Program-made: the position numbers and the translations under genes
Source of the DNA: an uncultured Flavobacteriaceae bacterium
GTDB lineage: Bacteria > Bacteroidota > Bacteroidia > Flavobacteriales > Flavobacteriaceae
Length of the DNA stretch: 64,000 bases
Direction of reading: 5' to 3'
NCBI GenBank assembly: GCA_964353005.1
Contig: CAYGUC010000008.1
Coordinates: forward strand, 17,579 to 81,578
The notes under the pieces: model-generated
Told to the model about the DNA's origin: nothing
The model's input: only the letters and a program-made list of their open reading frames with translations
The model's database searches: none
Shown here: in pieces, positions 37,199-47,212 of the stretch
Position numbering within the stretch: the first letter of the stretch is position 1
Layout: each line of letters starts with the position of its first letter

Positions 37199-37654
37199 AT
37201 GAATAAGGAATTTACTAGCTTATTAGAAAAACATCAACTAAGAAAAACGACTCCTCGTTTATCTGTACTTTCTATATTAAAATCCAGAAATACAGCGACT
37301 TCTCAACCAGAACTTGAAGCAATGATCGGAAAAGATGTGGATCGAGTAACTTTATACAGGATTCTTAAAACTTTTGAAGAAAAAGGAATCATTCATAAAA
37401 TACTGGATCTTAACGGAACCGCTAATTATGCAATTTGCCAATCTTCCTGCAAGGAACATGATCATAATGACAATCATGTACATTTTAATTGTACTGTATG
37501 CTTAAATATTTATTGTTTAGAAAACATACAAATTCCAAATATTAAAATGCCATCTGGTTTTGTATCCCATACCACAAATTTTGTATCGTATGGTATCTGT
37601 AAAAAATGTTCTGAAAAAGCAGATCAATATATAGGTTCAAATGATAAAGAATAG
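37199..37654 (+). CDS. Fur-family metalloregulator (Fur/Zur/PerR class not resolvable)
   Basis: Winged-helix region (TTPRLSVLSIL...VTLYRILKTFEEKGIIHK), a His cluster plus CxxC (HDHNDNHVHFNCTVC) and a second CxxC (GICKKC). Confidence 0.85.
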   Translation: MNKEFTSLLEKHQLRKTTPRLSVLSILKSRNTATSQPELEAMIGKDVDRVTLYRILKTFEEKGIIHKILDLNGTANYAICQSSCKEHDHNDNHVHFNCTVCLNIYCLENIQIPNIKMPSGFVSHTTNFVSYGICKKCSEKADQYIGSNDKE

Positions 37655-37780
37655 TTTTTTTTAGTTACCACATCTTACCATTTTTCTATAATCATCTTAA
37701 CCATTTTTTATTATATACTTATTCTACAATATTAAAAACAAAATACATGGTCGATCTTTATTTAATAACAAGAACAAATA

Positions 37781-40036
37781 ATGTATAAAAAAATAGTTTT
37801 TGGGATTATAGCAATAGGAATATCCATATTTTTTATCTACCAATTTTTTAAAATAGAAAATACAGAAGTAACAGAAACATTAGAAAATATAACAATTGCA
37901 AAAGAAACCGTTCAAGATAATACATCCTTTGAAAAAGAAATAGAAACACAAACTGATTCTATGGAGGTGTATACAGTTTCTAATCTACGAGATTTTTTAA
38001 ACTCCTTAGGAAATAATCGAATTATAAGAATTAACCAGACTATTAATCTGAGTGAAGAAATACAATATTTTGATTTTAATAAAGAAAATATCTCCTTGAT
38101 AAAAAACGGAAATCATGGTCTTTTAAAATTCGGAAATGAGCACTATAGCATATCAGACGGCGCTTATTCTACCAATTCTCTAGACTCTAATATCGATTTA
38201 TTAGAAAAATATATAGAAACTATATATCAAACCCACCTTCTTGAAATACATAATTGCACTAATCTTATAATTGAAGGAAATAAAAATAATTCTGTTGCTT
38301 TTATAACTAATCAAAATGAAGGTGCAGTAATTTCGTTTCATAAAAATGCTAATCTTACTATAAAAGATCTACAATTTTATCACCATCCTACAGCTAATGG
38401 CGGTTGTGGAGAATATGCCCCAGTAGTAAGCTTTTATGAAGGTAACAACTTGATTATAGATAACTGCTCATTTAATGGCAGTGGTACCGATGGTATTATA
38501 GCTGATAATATTACCAATTTTTTGGTAAATAACAGTAGAATATTTAATTGTAGTAGCACAGGATTTTTTTTGAATACCGTTAAAAATTTTAGATTACAGA
38601 ATAGCAGCATAGATAACAACAATCTGACTAACAGTGTTATTAGCATAAAAAATAGTGATGTTCTGGCTGAAAACACAAATATATTTTCTAATCTAGGATC
38701 AAAAAGTAAGTTCTTATATGTAGATGAAAACTCTACAATTAAATTTAAAAATTGCAAAATCAAAAATAACAAAAGGCTCTATTTAGATCCTGAACATGAA
38801 TTGTTTTTTGAAGAAGATTGCACACTTGAAATATCTGATTTTAAAGACTATGAAGATGATTCCAATAAAAATGAACTTCAAGTAATTAAGGATAAAGAAC
38901 AATTTACTGATAAGAGTTTATCTCTGGCACATATTCCTGGCGTTGTGTTTCATAAAAATAACGATATAAAACAGAATACACTTAAAAAATACGAATCAAA
39001 ACTTGCAAATCTTTACGCAATATTACCTGAGTTCTCTACTATAAATTTTTTTCGCTTAAATACTTCTGATCCGCTAAATTTTGTAGCGCAGGATAGCACT
39101 TATCATGTACCAGGAAATAGGGTTAATGAAGATTATGAAGTAATTTTTTGGGATGGGATAAATAAACCTTTACATATTCGTTTATCTGAAAAAAGAGAAC
39201 CTCTACTAGAGTTTAAAAAGTATTTCGGAGTAGAAACAAAAGAAGAAGTATTAGCATTACTAGAAGGAAATAAAAAAAATATTAGACAAAAAATAAGCAA
39301 CGAACTAATATTTAAAGATATATCCCCAAATTATTACCTGCAACCAGAATCCGTATTTCATATTCCAAAGTATGTAAAATACATTAAAACTGATATTCAT
39401 ATAGAAGGAAAATTAGTTGAATATTATGAATATTTTTTTACAAAGAACAAAAGGTTAGACTCTCTTTTTTCAAGCCAATCATCCTGTACATACAAGATTA
39501 ATTATAATAAAAACGGGATGATAAATTATATAGAAAAGATACATCTAAAATCTAAAAAGAAAACATACTTTTTCTACATTATGTCTAGTGATAGTACTAT
39601 AAGTAAATATGAAACTGATAATTTTGATTATCAAATAACTAAAGACAATCTGGAAAAGGTTTTCACCATTAATGATAAATATGAAATAACTCAAACCAAT
39701 TACCCTCAAACATGGAATAAAAATTATATTCAATATTATAAATTCGAGAATGATAAAGTTGAAATTATTAAGGCAAAAGCAGGCGATTATACTTTTATTT
39801 TGGGGTACGGTTTTGATAACAATAATAAGATTTCTAAGTTCTTTTTTACAAATGAAAATTTAGAACTAAAAGAGGAATATGATTTACTAACTCCAAAATT
39901 CGCCAAAAACCATGTTATTTATAATAAAGATAACGAAGTAGCTTTTTTTTATGATAAAAACAGTAATTGTTCTAAAGTTATAACAAAAATAAATGGGCAG
40001 ATAAGTAAAGTAATAACTCATACTTATAAATTCTAA
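37781..40036 (+). CDS. Membrane-anchored protein with a right-handed parallel beta-helix region and an uncharacterised C-terminal half
   Basis: N-terminal TM (IVFGIIAIGISIFFIY). Repeated N-x-x-I/L-x-N-C/S motifs of about 22 aa (NNLIIDNCSFNGSGTDGIIA, TNFLVNNSRIFNCSSTGFFL, KNFRLQNSSIDNN). Confidence 0.6.
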   Translation: MYKKIVFGIIAIGISIFFIYQFFKIENTEVTETLENITIAKETVQDNTSFEKEIETQTDSMEVYTVSNLRDFLNSLGNNRIIRINQTINLSEEIQYFDFNKENISLIKNGNHGLLKFGNEHYSISDGAYSTNSLDSNIDLLEKYIETIYQTHLLEIHNCTNLIIEGNKNNSVAFITNQNEGAVISFHKNANLTIKDLQFYHHPTANGGCGEYAPVVSFYEGNNLIIDNCSFNGSGTDGIIADNITNFLVNNSRIFNCSSTGFFLNTVKNFRLQNSSIDNNNLTNSVISIKNSDVLAENTNIFSNLGSKSKFLYVDENSTIKFKNCKIKNNKRLYLDPEHELFFEEDCTLEISDFKDYEDDSNKNELQVIKDKEQFTDKSLSLAHIPGVVFHKNNDIKQNTLKKYESKLANLYAILPEFSTINFFRLNTSDPLNFVAQDSTYHVPGNRVNEDYEVIFWDGINKPLHIRLSEKREPLLEFKKYFGVETKEEVLALLEGNKKNIRQKISNELIFKDISPNYYLQPESVFHIPKYVKYIKTDIHIEGKLVEYYEYFFTKNKRLDSLFSSQSSCTYKINYNKNGMINYIEKIHLKSKKKTYFFYIMSSDSTISKYETDNFDYQITKDNLEKVFTINDKYEITQTNYPQTWNKNYIQYYKFENDKVEIIKAKAGDYTFILGYGFDNNNKISKFFFTNENLELKEEYDLLTPKFAKNHVIYNKDNEVAFFYDKNSNCSKVITKINGQISKVITHTYKF

Positions 40037-40079
40037 AATAATTTATAGTAAAAAAGTTGATCATCAATAAAACTATTTC

Positions 40080-40310
40080 TTAGATTATTTTGGTAGTGAT
40101 AATTTTAACAGGACACGCTTTTGTAGCTTGTTCACAAGCATCTAAAATAGTATTATCTGCCGATTTTATAGTAAAAAAACCTTTCTTTTCAGTAGCATGT
40201 AATAAGACTGTTTTTCCGTCTTTTTTAGACATCTGGAACTGCTCTGGAGCCAGTTCTACACAATAATTACACCCTATACATTTATTCCGCTGCAATGTTA
40301 CTACTACCAT
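40080..40310 (-). CDS. Small single-cluster ferredoxin
   Basis: CIGCNYCVELAP ... ACPVKII; 76 aa. Confidence 0.8.
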   Translation of the reverse strand: MVVVTLQRNKCIGCNYCVELAPEQFQMSKKDGKTVLLHATEKKGFFTIKSADNTILDACEQATKACPVKIITTKII

Positions 40311-40313
40311 GTA

Positions 40314-41558
40314 TTACTGATTCTTTACGATTTTGTATAATTTATCTGATGACCGAATTCTAAAATCTAATGGTATAGTACAACAATCTCCTTTTTGGGC
40401 TTTTTTCTGTGGTTCATCATTTACGAACATTTCTGTAAGTTCAAACTCTTTAGAGCCAGTCGTTGGACCTGTAATTAGTATAGTATCTCCAATAGATACG
40501 TCATAAGCTTCGATTTTAAATTCTCCTATTTTATTTTTAGGAAAATAATGCTGCCCTTTCCCTATATATACTTTTTTTTGAGTGGCTTTAGAACCATCAA
40601 CATCACTCCACTCCCCAAGTTTTTGCCCTAAATAATACCCACTCCAGAAACCTCGATTGTATACCTTCTTTAACTGATCCATCCAGTCAAGAACTTTTTC
40701 TTTTGTAAATGCCTTTTCATAATAAGCATCAATAGCCTCTCTATATGTTTTGATTACAGTAGCGACATACTCAGGGGCTCTGCCCCTACCTTCAATTTTT
40801 AATACTTTAACACCTGTATCTATTACCTGATCTAGAAAATCTAATGTACATAGATCTTTTGGAGACATTAGATATTCATTATCTACCTCTATTTCAAAAC
40901 CAGAGTCTTGATCGATTACAGTATATTTTTTTCTACAGTTTTGTTTGCAAGCTCCTCTGTTGGCCGATGAGTTATGAGAATGAAGACTTAAATAACATTT
41001 TCCAGATACTGCCATACACAATGCACCATGACCAAAAATCTCGATCTCTACCAAATTACCAGAAGGGCCTTTGATTTGATCTTTTTCAATTTGCTCTGTT
41101 ATCTTTTTTACTTGGCGCAAACTAAGTTCTCTACTCATCACCATAGTATCTGCAAACATGGCATAAAAACGAACCGTTTCAATGTTAGTAATGTTAATTT
41201 GTGTTGAAATATGAATCTCTATACCAATCTGTCGGGCATACGATATAACTGCTTGATCCATAGCAATCACTGCAGTTACATTAGCTTCTTTTGCTGCATT
41301 GAGTACTGTTTTTATAATAGATAGATCATGATCGTAGATAATCGTATTAAGAGTAAGATAGGTACGAATACTTTTTTTTGCACACCTTTTAGTAATTTCG
41401 GCTAGATCATCAATAGTAAAATTAATACTAGCACGAGCACGCATGTTTAGTTGCTCTACTCCAAAATACACAGAATCTGCTCCATTATCTATTGCTGCTT
41501 GTAGGGATTCAAAATTACCTGCAGGAGCCATTAACTCTATTTTTCCTGATGTTGTCAT
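40314..41558 (-). CDS. Peptidase U32-family protein (probable O2-independent Fe-S hydroxylase of the RlhA/TrhP/UbiU class)
   Basis: ELMAPAGNFESLQAAIDNGADSVYFG and EIFGHGALCMAVSGKCYLS motifs. The Cys cluster is C..C....C (GACKQNCRKKY). Confidence 0.85.
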   Translation of the reverse strand: MTTSGKIELMAPAGNFESLQAAIDNGADSVYFGVEQLNMRARASINFTIDDLAEITKRCAKKSIRTYLTLNTIIYDHDLSIIKTVLNAAKEANVTAVIAMDQAVISYARQIGIEIHISTQINITNIETVRFYAMFADTMVMSRELSLRQVKKITEQIEKDQIKGPSGNLVEIEIFGHGALCMAVSGKCYLSLHSHNSSANRGACKQNCRKKYTVIDQDSGFEIEVDNEYLMSPKDLCTLDFLDQVIDTGVKVLKIEGRGRAPEYVATVIKTYREAIDAYYEKAFTKEKVLDWMDQLKKVYNRGFWSGYYLGQKLGEWSDVDGSKATQKKVYIGKGQHYFPKNKIGEFKIEAYDVSIGDTILITGPTTGSKEFELTEMFVNDEPQKKAQKGDCCTIPLDFRIRSSDKLYKIVKNQ

Positions 41559-41579
41559 AAAGTAATCAATCTAGAGGTT

Positions 41580-43637
41580 TTAATTTTCAATTTTGATACG
41601 TACATCTACAGCAGTAATGGCATCTTTGGTTGCTATTAATGGATTGATATCCATTTCTGTAATTTCTGGAGCTGTTTCTACCAAAGCAGACAGGCGTTGT
41701 ATAATTTCTATAAATTGAAGTTCATTAATCCCATCTTTTCCACGACTGCCTTGTAATAACTCATATCCTCTTAAAGATCGAATCATTTTTTGAGCTTCTA
41801 TATCAGATATAGGACTTAATGCAGCGGCTACATCATTTAGAATTTCAATAAAAATACCACCTAAGCCACATAAAATAGTAGGATTAAACCCAGGTTCTTT
41901 TTTAACTCCTACAAATAATTCTAAGCCCGATAACATTGGTTGCACCATTACTGCTGTAGCATCTTCGATATTCATTAATAGATCAAAATTCTTAGTAACC
42001 TCTTCTATCGTATTCACATTAAGAATAACCCCTTGTGTATCCGATTTATGCAAAGGTCCTACGACTTTCATTGCTATAGGAAAAGGTATTTCTGTGATTT
42101 TAGAAAGAAGGTTTTCTTTAGAGTTTTCAATAATTTCTATAGATCGAGGAATTCCCGAAGCATCTATCATCAAAGCAGTATCTTCTGGAGTTAAATATCC
42201 ATCGGTAGCTTGATCGATTATAGATCGTATTTTTGTTGTATTTATTTTAGGTAGCTTTATATTTTGTAATGACGGAGATGAAGTTTTATAAACTTCGCAT
42301 AAAGCTTTTCCTAGTACAACTTCATCTGGAAAATTAATATTTCCTTTAGACAAAAACGTTTTTATTTCTTTATGAGCATTGATTACAGAAGGAAGTACAG
42401 GAAATATAGGTTTAGAGCAAACATCTAGTTTAACACTTAGTACATTATATACATTTTCCACATCAAACAAGCCAGGACTTCCAAAAACAACTACCATGGC
42501 GTCGATAAAATCAAATTTATGTTCGCAATAATCAATAATAATTCCTAATTGTTCTGCAGTTCCTGTAGCAAGAAAATCAATAGGATTACTAACAGATGAA
42601 CCTGGATATAGGTATGTTTCGAGTTTTTTAGCATCTTCTCCTTCTATAGTAGGGATTTGCAAACCTCCTTTAGACAGTACGTCTGCAAGCATAACCGCTG
42701 ACCCTCCTGCGTGCGTAATAATCGCTATATTTTTTCCAGTAAGTTTTTTATACTTAAAGATGGAAGCTACACTTAATAATTCTTCTCTACTACTGCAATA
42801 TACAATTCCTGCTTTTTTAAAAAGTGCTCTAACAGTCATATCCGAACTGGCAATAGCACCTGTATGAGAAGAAGCTGCCCTACTTCCCTCGGCTGTACTT
42901 CCTGCTTTAATAGCTGCTATTTTAGCTCCTTTATTAATTAATGAAGAAGCATGTTTAAGTAATTTTTGAGGATCTTTAATAGTTTCTAAATACAATAATT
43001 TTATTGCTGGATCAGTATCAGGATTATAATGAATATCCATATACTCTAGTATGTCTTCTACACCAGTTTGCGCTCCATTACCTACCGAGTATACATTGGC
43101 AAAAGGTACTCCCAGTAACATCCCTGCTTCCATTATAAATACAGCAGTTGCTCCAGATCCAGAAATTAAGTCACATCCTGTAGAATTGTACTCTGGGATT
43201 GGTGTTGTAAAAACACCTTTATAATTTTTATTAAGTACTCCTATACAATTAGGACCAATTAAACATCCGTTTACACTATTAATGATATCGACAATTTCTT
43301 TTTCAATTTGGCTTCCTGTTTTATTGGTTTCTCCAAAACCAGCAGAAATAATAATAAAAGCTTTAGTCTGTTTTTGTTTTGCTAAAACTGTAATAGCTTC
43401 CAAACAATACTTCGCAGGAATAGCTAGTATTGCCAAATCTGTATTAGGAATATCGTTTACGCTGGTATAAGAAATAATTCCTTGTACTTGTTTCTCTTTG
43501 GGGTTAACAATTCGTAATTCTCCCGAATAGCCACCATCAATACAGTTTTTTACAATTTTACCTCCAGGCTTTCTAATTGTATTAGATCCTCCTATAATAA
43601 CGATGCTTTTGGGGTCTATTAATTGCTCGTTTATCAT
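41580..43637 (-). CDS. ADP-forming acyl/acetyl-CoA synthetase (CoA-binding, succinyl-CoA-synthetase-like and ATP-grasp domains)
   Basis: 685 aa with an N-terminal CoA-binding Rossmann (PKSIVIIGGSN...), the phosphohistidine-region-like SSHTGAIAS and a C-terminal ATP-grasp. Confidence 0.8.
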   Translation of the reverse strand: MINEQLIDPKSIVIIGGSNTIRKPGGKIVKNCIDGGYSGELRIVNPKEKQVQGIISYTSVNDIPNTDLAILAIPAKYCLEAITVLAKQKQTKAFIIISAGFGETNKTGSQIEKEIVDIINSVNGCLIGPNCIGVLNKNYKGVFTTPIPEYNSTGCDLISGSGATAVFIMEAGMLLGVPFANVYSVGNGAQTGVEDILEYMDIHYNPDTDPAIKLLYLETIKDPQKLLKHASSLINKGAKIAAIKAGSTAEGSRAASSHTGAIASSDMTVRALFKKAGIVYCSSREELLSVASIFKYKKLTGKNIAIITHAGGSAVMLADVLSKGGLQIPTIEGEDAKKLETYLYPGSSVSNPIDFLATGTAEQLGIIIDYCEHKFDFIDAMVVVFGSPGLFDVENVYNVLSVKLDVCSKPIFPVLPSVINAHKEIKTFLSKGNINFPDEVVLGKALCEVYKTSSPSLQNIKLPKINTTKIRSIIDQATDGYLTPEDTALMIDASGIPRSIEIIENSKENLLSKITEIPFPIAMKVVGPLHKSDTQGVILNVNTIEEVTKNFDLLMNIEDATAVMVQPMLSGLELFVGVKKEPGFNPTILCGLGGIFIEILNDVAAALSPISDIEAQKMIRSLRGYELLQGSRGKDGINELQFIEIIQRLSALVETAPEITEMDINPLIATKDAITAVDVRIKIEN

Positions 43638-43770
43638 CCTACTATTTTTATAAGTGGGTAAAAGTAGAATAGCCCAATAATTTATTTAATGATATAAGTC
43701 ATACTTGCGCAAGAAGATTAATTATTATGCGTATAAAATACTTAAAAAGCAAAAAAAGTGGGTGTAGAAA

Positions 43771-44226
43771 CTAGGAGTCCAGGCTATCAAAATCTTTTAA
43801 AGAAATAACAGTTCCTTTTCTCTTTATATCTTCTACAAGATTTTCAATAGTTTTATCTCTAAAATCTCGTAATAATTTTTGCTTAAAAGGAGAGACCGTA
43901 GCATGCACAGGACAAGGGTTATTATCATCACATTTAGACAACCCTAAAAAACATTGATTAAATTTATCTATCCCATCTATACTCTTTATAATATCCCAGA
44001 CTGATTTTTTTCTGTTTTTTGTATCTAAAAAAAAACCACCATTAGGTCCCTTGGTAGAAGATACAAGTTTAGCTGTAGCAAGTTGTCGCAATAATTTGGA
44101 TAAAAAAGGTTGAGGGGTTTCTAATTCCTCTGCAATTTTTTTCGCCCCTATTTTTTTGGATTCATCACTGTGTATCGCTAAATAAAGTAGAGATCGTATT
44201 GCGTACTTGCAAGCATTGGATAACAT
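43771..44226 (-). CDS. Rrf2-family transcriptional regulator
   Basis: The N-terminus MLSNACKYAIRSLLYLA is typical of Rrf2. Cys residues (CFLGLSKCDDNNPC) are compatible with Fe-S ligation. Confidence 0.85.
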   Translation of the reverse strand: MLSNACKYAIRSLLYLAIHSDESKKIGAKKIAEELETPQPFLSKLLRQLATAKLVSSTKGPNGGFFLDTKNRKKSVWDIIKSIDGIDKFNQCFLGLSKCDDNNPCPVHATVSPFKQKLLRDFRDKTIENLVEDIKRKGTVISLKDFDSLDS

Positions 44227-44426
44227 AAAACATCTTTTATAAGAACCAAATATAACGAAAAGATGTTTTTATCCTTAATCAGAATTAGATTCTATGTAAA
44301 AACCTTACAGTCAATCGGTTTTAATTCTTTTATTATGATTTAAGTCATATTTATTAATTCTTCATTCGTATGTGTTCATTAGAAAAATAAAATAAGTAAA
44401 CTCTTAGTAAGGAAAATATAAAAAAG

Positions 44427-44453
44427 AAAACCCCTTTAATTAAAAGGGGTTTT
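44427..44453 (-). terminator. Hairpin terminator just downstream of tRNA-Pro(GGG)
   Basis: aaaacccctt / aaggggtttt palindromic stem flanked by A/T runs. Confidence 0.75.
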
Positions 44454-44460
44454 AGAAATG

Positions 44461-44535
44461 TCGGGATGACAGGATTTGAACCTGCGACCACACGGCCCCC
44501 AGCCGTGTACGCTAACCGGACTGCGCCACATCCCG
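44461..44535 (-). tRNA. tRNA-Pro (anticodon GGG)
   Basis: Hand-folded 75-nt cloverleaf: acceptor CGGGATG/CATCCCG, anticodon stem CACGG/CCGTG, loop CTGGGGG, T-arm GCAGG TTCAAAT CCTGT. Confidence 0.9.
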
Positions 44536-44568
44536 AAAAATCAGAATGCAAATATAATAATCTTATGA

Positions 44569-45606
44569 TTAAATGGAAGGATTATTATTCTGTTCCAAAA
44601 TTTTTATCATTTTAAATGATTTTAATAGATGAAATAGCCCTGGTAAAATTACAGACCCTCCAATTATAAGAGATATTCCTAATGCTTTTATAACACTATC
44701 TGGTGCAATTTTTTCTATCAAACTCACACTACTGTTAGTTGTTATTATAATATCTGGAAAATGAGCTACCAAAGCTGCCAATAGGATTAAGAAAACTTGT
44801 ATCCCAGCTAGAGATCTACTCCATACTGTGTTCCCTTTTTTAATCATTCTTTTTAATGGGTACAGTAATACTCCAGAAAGTACAACAGCTATAAGTGCAA
44901 GAGGGCTTCTTATAAAATCCTTTATAAATACGTTTCCTGAAATATACCCATATCCAAAAGTTACCAATCCAAGAAGTACTACAATTATAGTAGCAATAAT
45001 AGATTTTCTTACATAAATTCTTGCATTTCTTTCTGTAGATTCTCCTATTAGTAAAACAGAAGATAAAAATGCACAAAGTGCAGCAAAAAATAGCCCTACC
45101 AATATACTAAACAGGTTACACCAAGGCATAATAAAAGCTTCATAAAAAGTTAAATTGCTTATGTCCTCTTCAAGATTAATTTTACCACTAATTAATGCAC
45201 CAAATACAATCCCTAAAAATATAGGTGTAATTAAACTAGAAACCATAAACATACCATCATACAATTTTTGAGAATTATCTATAACTGCATCGTAATGTCT
45301 AAAAACAAAAGCTACTCCCCTTAATGTTACTCCAAGTAAAACGATGGTTAACGGAATATGTAAATGTACTACCATAATATTATAATACACGGGAAATGCA
45401 ATCCATAAGATTACTATTAAAATGATAATCCAAATATGATTTGCTTCCCATACTGGTCCCATTACTCGATAAATTGTTTTTTTTGTAATTTTTTGGTTTT
45501 CTTTTGAGGAAAAAAGTTCTACGATACCAGCTCCATAATCAGCGCCTCCTAAAACTACATACAGATACAAAGAGAACATCAAAAAGAATAATACTACATA
45601 TAACAT
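44569..45606 (-). CDS. cydB: Cytochrome bd ubiquinol/menaquinol oxidase subunit II
   Basis: 345-aa polytopic membrane protein immediately after cydA (3-bp gap). The N-terminal GGADYGAGI motif is typical of short CydB. Confidence 0.85.
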   Translation of the reverse strand: MLYVVLFFLMFSLYLYVVLGGADYGAGIVELFSSKENQKITKKTIYRVMGPVWEANHIWIIILIVILWIAFPVYYNIMVVHLHIPLTIVLLGVTLRGVAFVFRHYDAVIDNSQKLYDGMFMVSSLITPIFLGIVFGALISGKINLEEDISNLTFYEAFIMPWCNLFSILVGLFFAALCAFLSSVLLIGESTERNARIYVRKSIIATIIVVLLGLVTFGYGYISGNVFIKDFIRSPLALIAVVLSGVLLYPLKRMIKKGNTVWSRSLAGIQVFLILLAALVAHFPDIIITTNSSVSLIEKIAPDSVIKALGISLIIGGSVILPGLFHLLKSFKMIKILEQNNNPSI

Positions 45607-45609
45607 ATT

Positions 45610-46911
45610 CTAAGAATTTGAATTATTTAAAACCTTTATTTGTCTAATCATTAACCAGGTAACAGCCACAGATAAAGTTAGATATACTACTATATACATA
45701 TAAAAACTAAACACAATACCAGGCATAGGTGTCACTGCATCTTTAGTTTTCATTATTTTATGAATAATCCAAGGTTGTCTTCCAACCTCAGTAACGATCC
45801 ATCCTGCTTCTAAAGCTACAAATCCCAAAGGGGCCAATAAAACGAATAATAACCAATACTTTTTATTACCAAACCATTTTTTCTTTTTTAATGAAACAAA
45901 ATATAATAATCCTGCAAGAAGTAATAAAGCTCCTATCCCTACCATTATTTGAAACGCATAATGTACAATTGGTACATTTGGTCGTTCATCCTCAGGAAAA
46001 TCATTTAATCCTTTTACTTCTGCATTAAAATCTGCAAATGCTAAAAAAGATAACATTCCTGGGATAGCAATTTTATAATTTACTTCTTGTGTTTCTGCAT
46101 TTACAATTCCACCAATATAAAGAGGCGCTCCTTTTTCGGTATTATAATGTGCCTCCATAGCTGCTAATTTTACAGGCTGCCTTTTTGCTATATCCTTAGC
46201 AGATATATCTCCGCTAATCGGTTGCAAAATAGCTGCTATAGCTCCAAATGTAACAGCTATTTTGAATGCTTTTTTATGTAATTCTACTTTTCTTTTTTTA
46301 TAAACTTGAAAAGCATGAATACCCGCTACTGCAAACCCTGTCGCTGTAAAAGCTGCTAATGTCATATGTAAAGCCTGTGTAAACCATGCAGGATTGAGCA
46401 TTGCTTTAACGGGATCTATGTTTAAGAATTTCCCGTCTATATAATCAAAACCTGTAGGAGAATTCATCCAGCCATTTGCTGCCACGACTAAAATTCCTGA
46501 TGCTACACCAGAAACCCCAATTATAACTCCTGTGATCCAATGAAATTTTTCTGGCAACTTATTCCAACCATATAAATAGAACCCCAAAGCTATTGCTTCT
46601 ACAAAAAAGGCTGCTCCTTCTAATGAAAATGGCATCCCTATTATTGGACCTGCATGTTTCATAAACTCTGGCCATAATAATCCTAATTCAAAAGACAATG
46701 CTGTACCAGAAACTGCACCTGTTACAAAAAAAATAGCTACCCCTTTTTGCCAGGATTTCGTTAGAGTTAAATACATCTGGTCACGAGTTTTTAACCATTT
46801 ATAATGAGACACTACCATAAAAAAAGGCATGACCATACCAATACAAGCAAAAACAATATGAAATATTAATGTAAATGCCATTTGGAGTCTTGCCGCATCA
46901 AGATTTTCCAT
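45610..46911 (-). CDS. cydA: Cytochrome bd oxidase subunit I
   Basis: N-terminal LDAARLQMAFTLIFHIVFA and GWIVTEVGRQPW motifs. Confidence 0.9.
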   Translation of the reverse strand: MENLDAARLQMAFTLIFHIVFACIGMVMPFFMVVSHYKWLKTRDQMYLTLTKSWQKGVAIFFVTGAVSGTALSFELGLLWPEFMKHAGPIIGMPFSLEGAAFFVEAIALGFYLYGWNKLPEKFHWITGVIIGVSGVASGILVVAANGWMNSPTGFDYIDGKFLNIDPVKAMLNPAWFTQALHMTLAAFTATGFAVAGIHAFQVYKKRKVELHKKAFKIAVTFGAIAAILQPISGDISAKDIAKRQPVKLAAMEAHYNTEKGAPLYIGGIVNAETQEVNYKIAIPGMLSFLAFADFNAEVKGLNDFPEDERPNVPIVHYAFQIMVGIGALLLLAGLLYFVSLKKKKWFGNKKYWLLFVLLAPLGFVALEAGWIVTEVGRQPWIIHKIMKTKDAVTPMPGIVFSFYMYIVVYLTLSVAVTWLMIRQIKVLNNSNS

Positions 46912-47212
46912 AGATAAGATTTAGAGAAGAAGTTGGATTCTAATATTGAACTATAAAGATACGGCGCAAAGCTGGTTTTTTGAAGAAATAATAAAACTTT
47001 TGGTATAATTTTTAGAAAAAAATAACAACTAGATAATAATTTACCTTTTTATGTTATTTTGTCCTTTTATGAGCAAAAATATAATGCTAAAAATTCTATC
47101 TTTTGAGATATAAAAGCTAGTGAAAATTATAAAATATATTTTTTTTTAATTTTATTACCGTTGAAATGAAATCATTTGTATATATTTGCACTCGCAAAAT
47201 GATAACCATTTT

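Noticed and set aside
44354-44551. 65-aa minus-strand ORF
   Set aside because: It overlaps the tRNA-Pro(GGG) gene and its terminator. The amino-acid sequence is just the tRNA read as codons.
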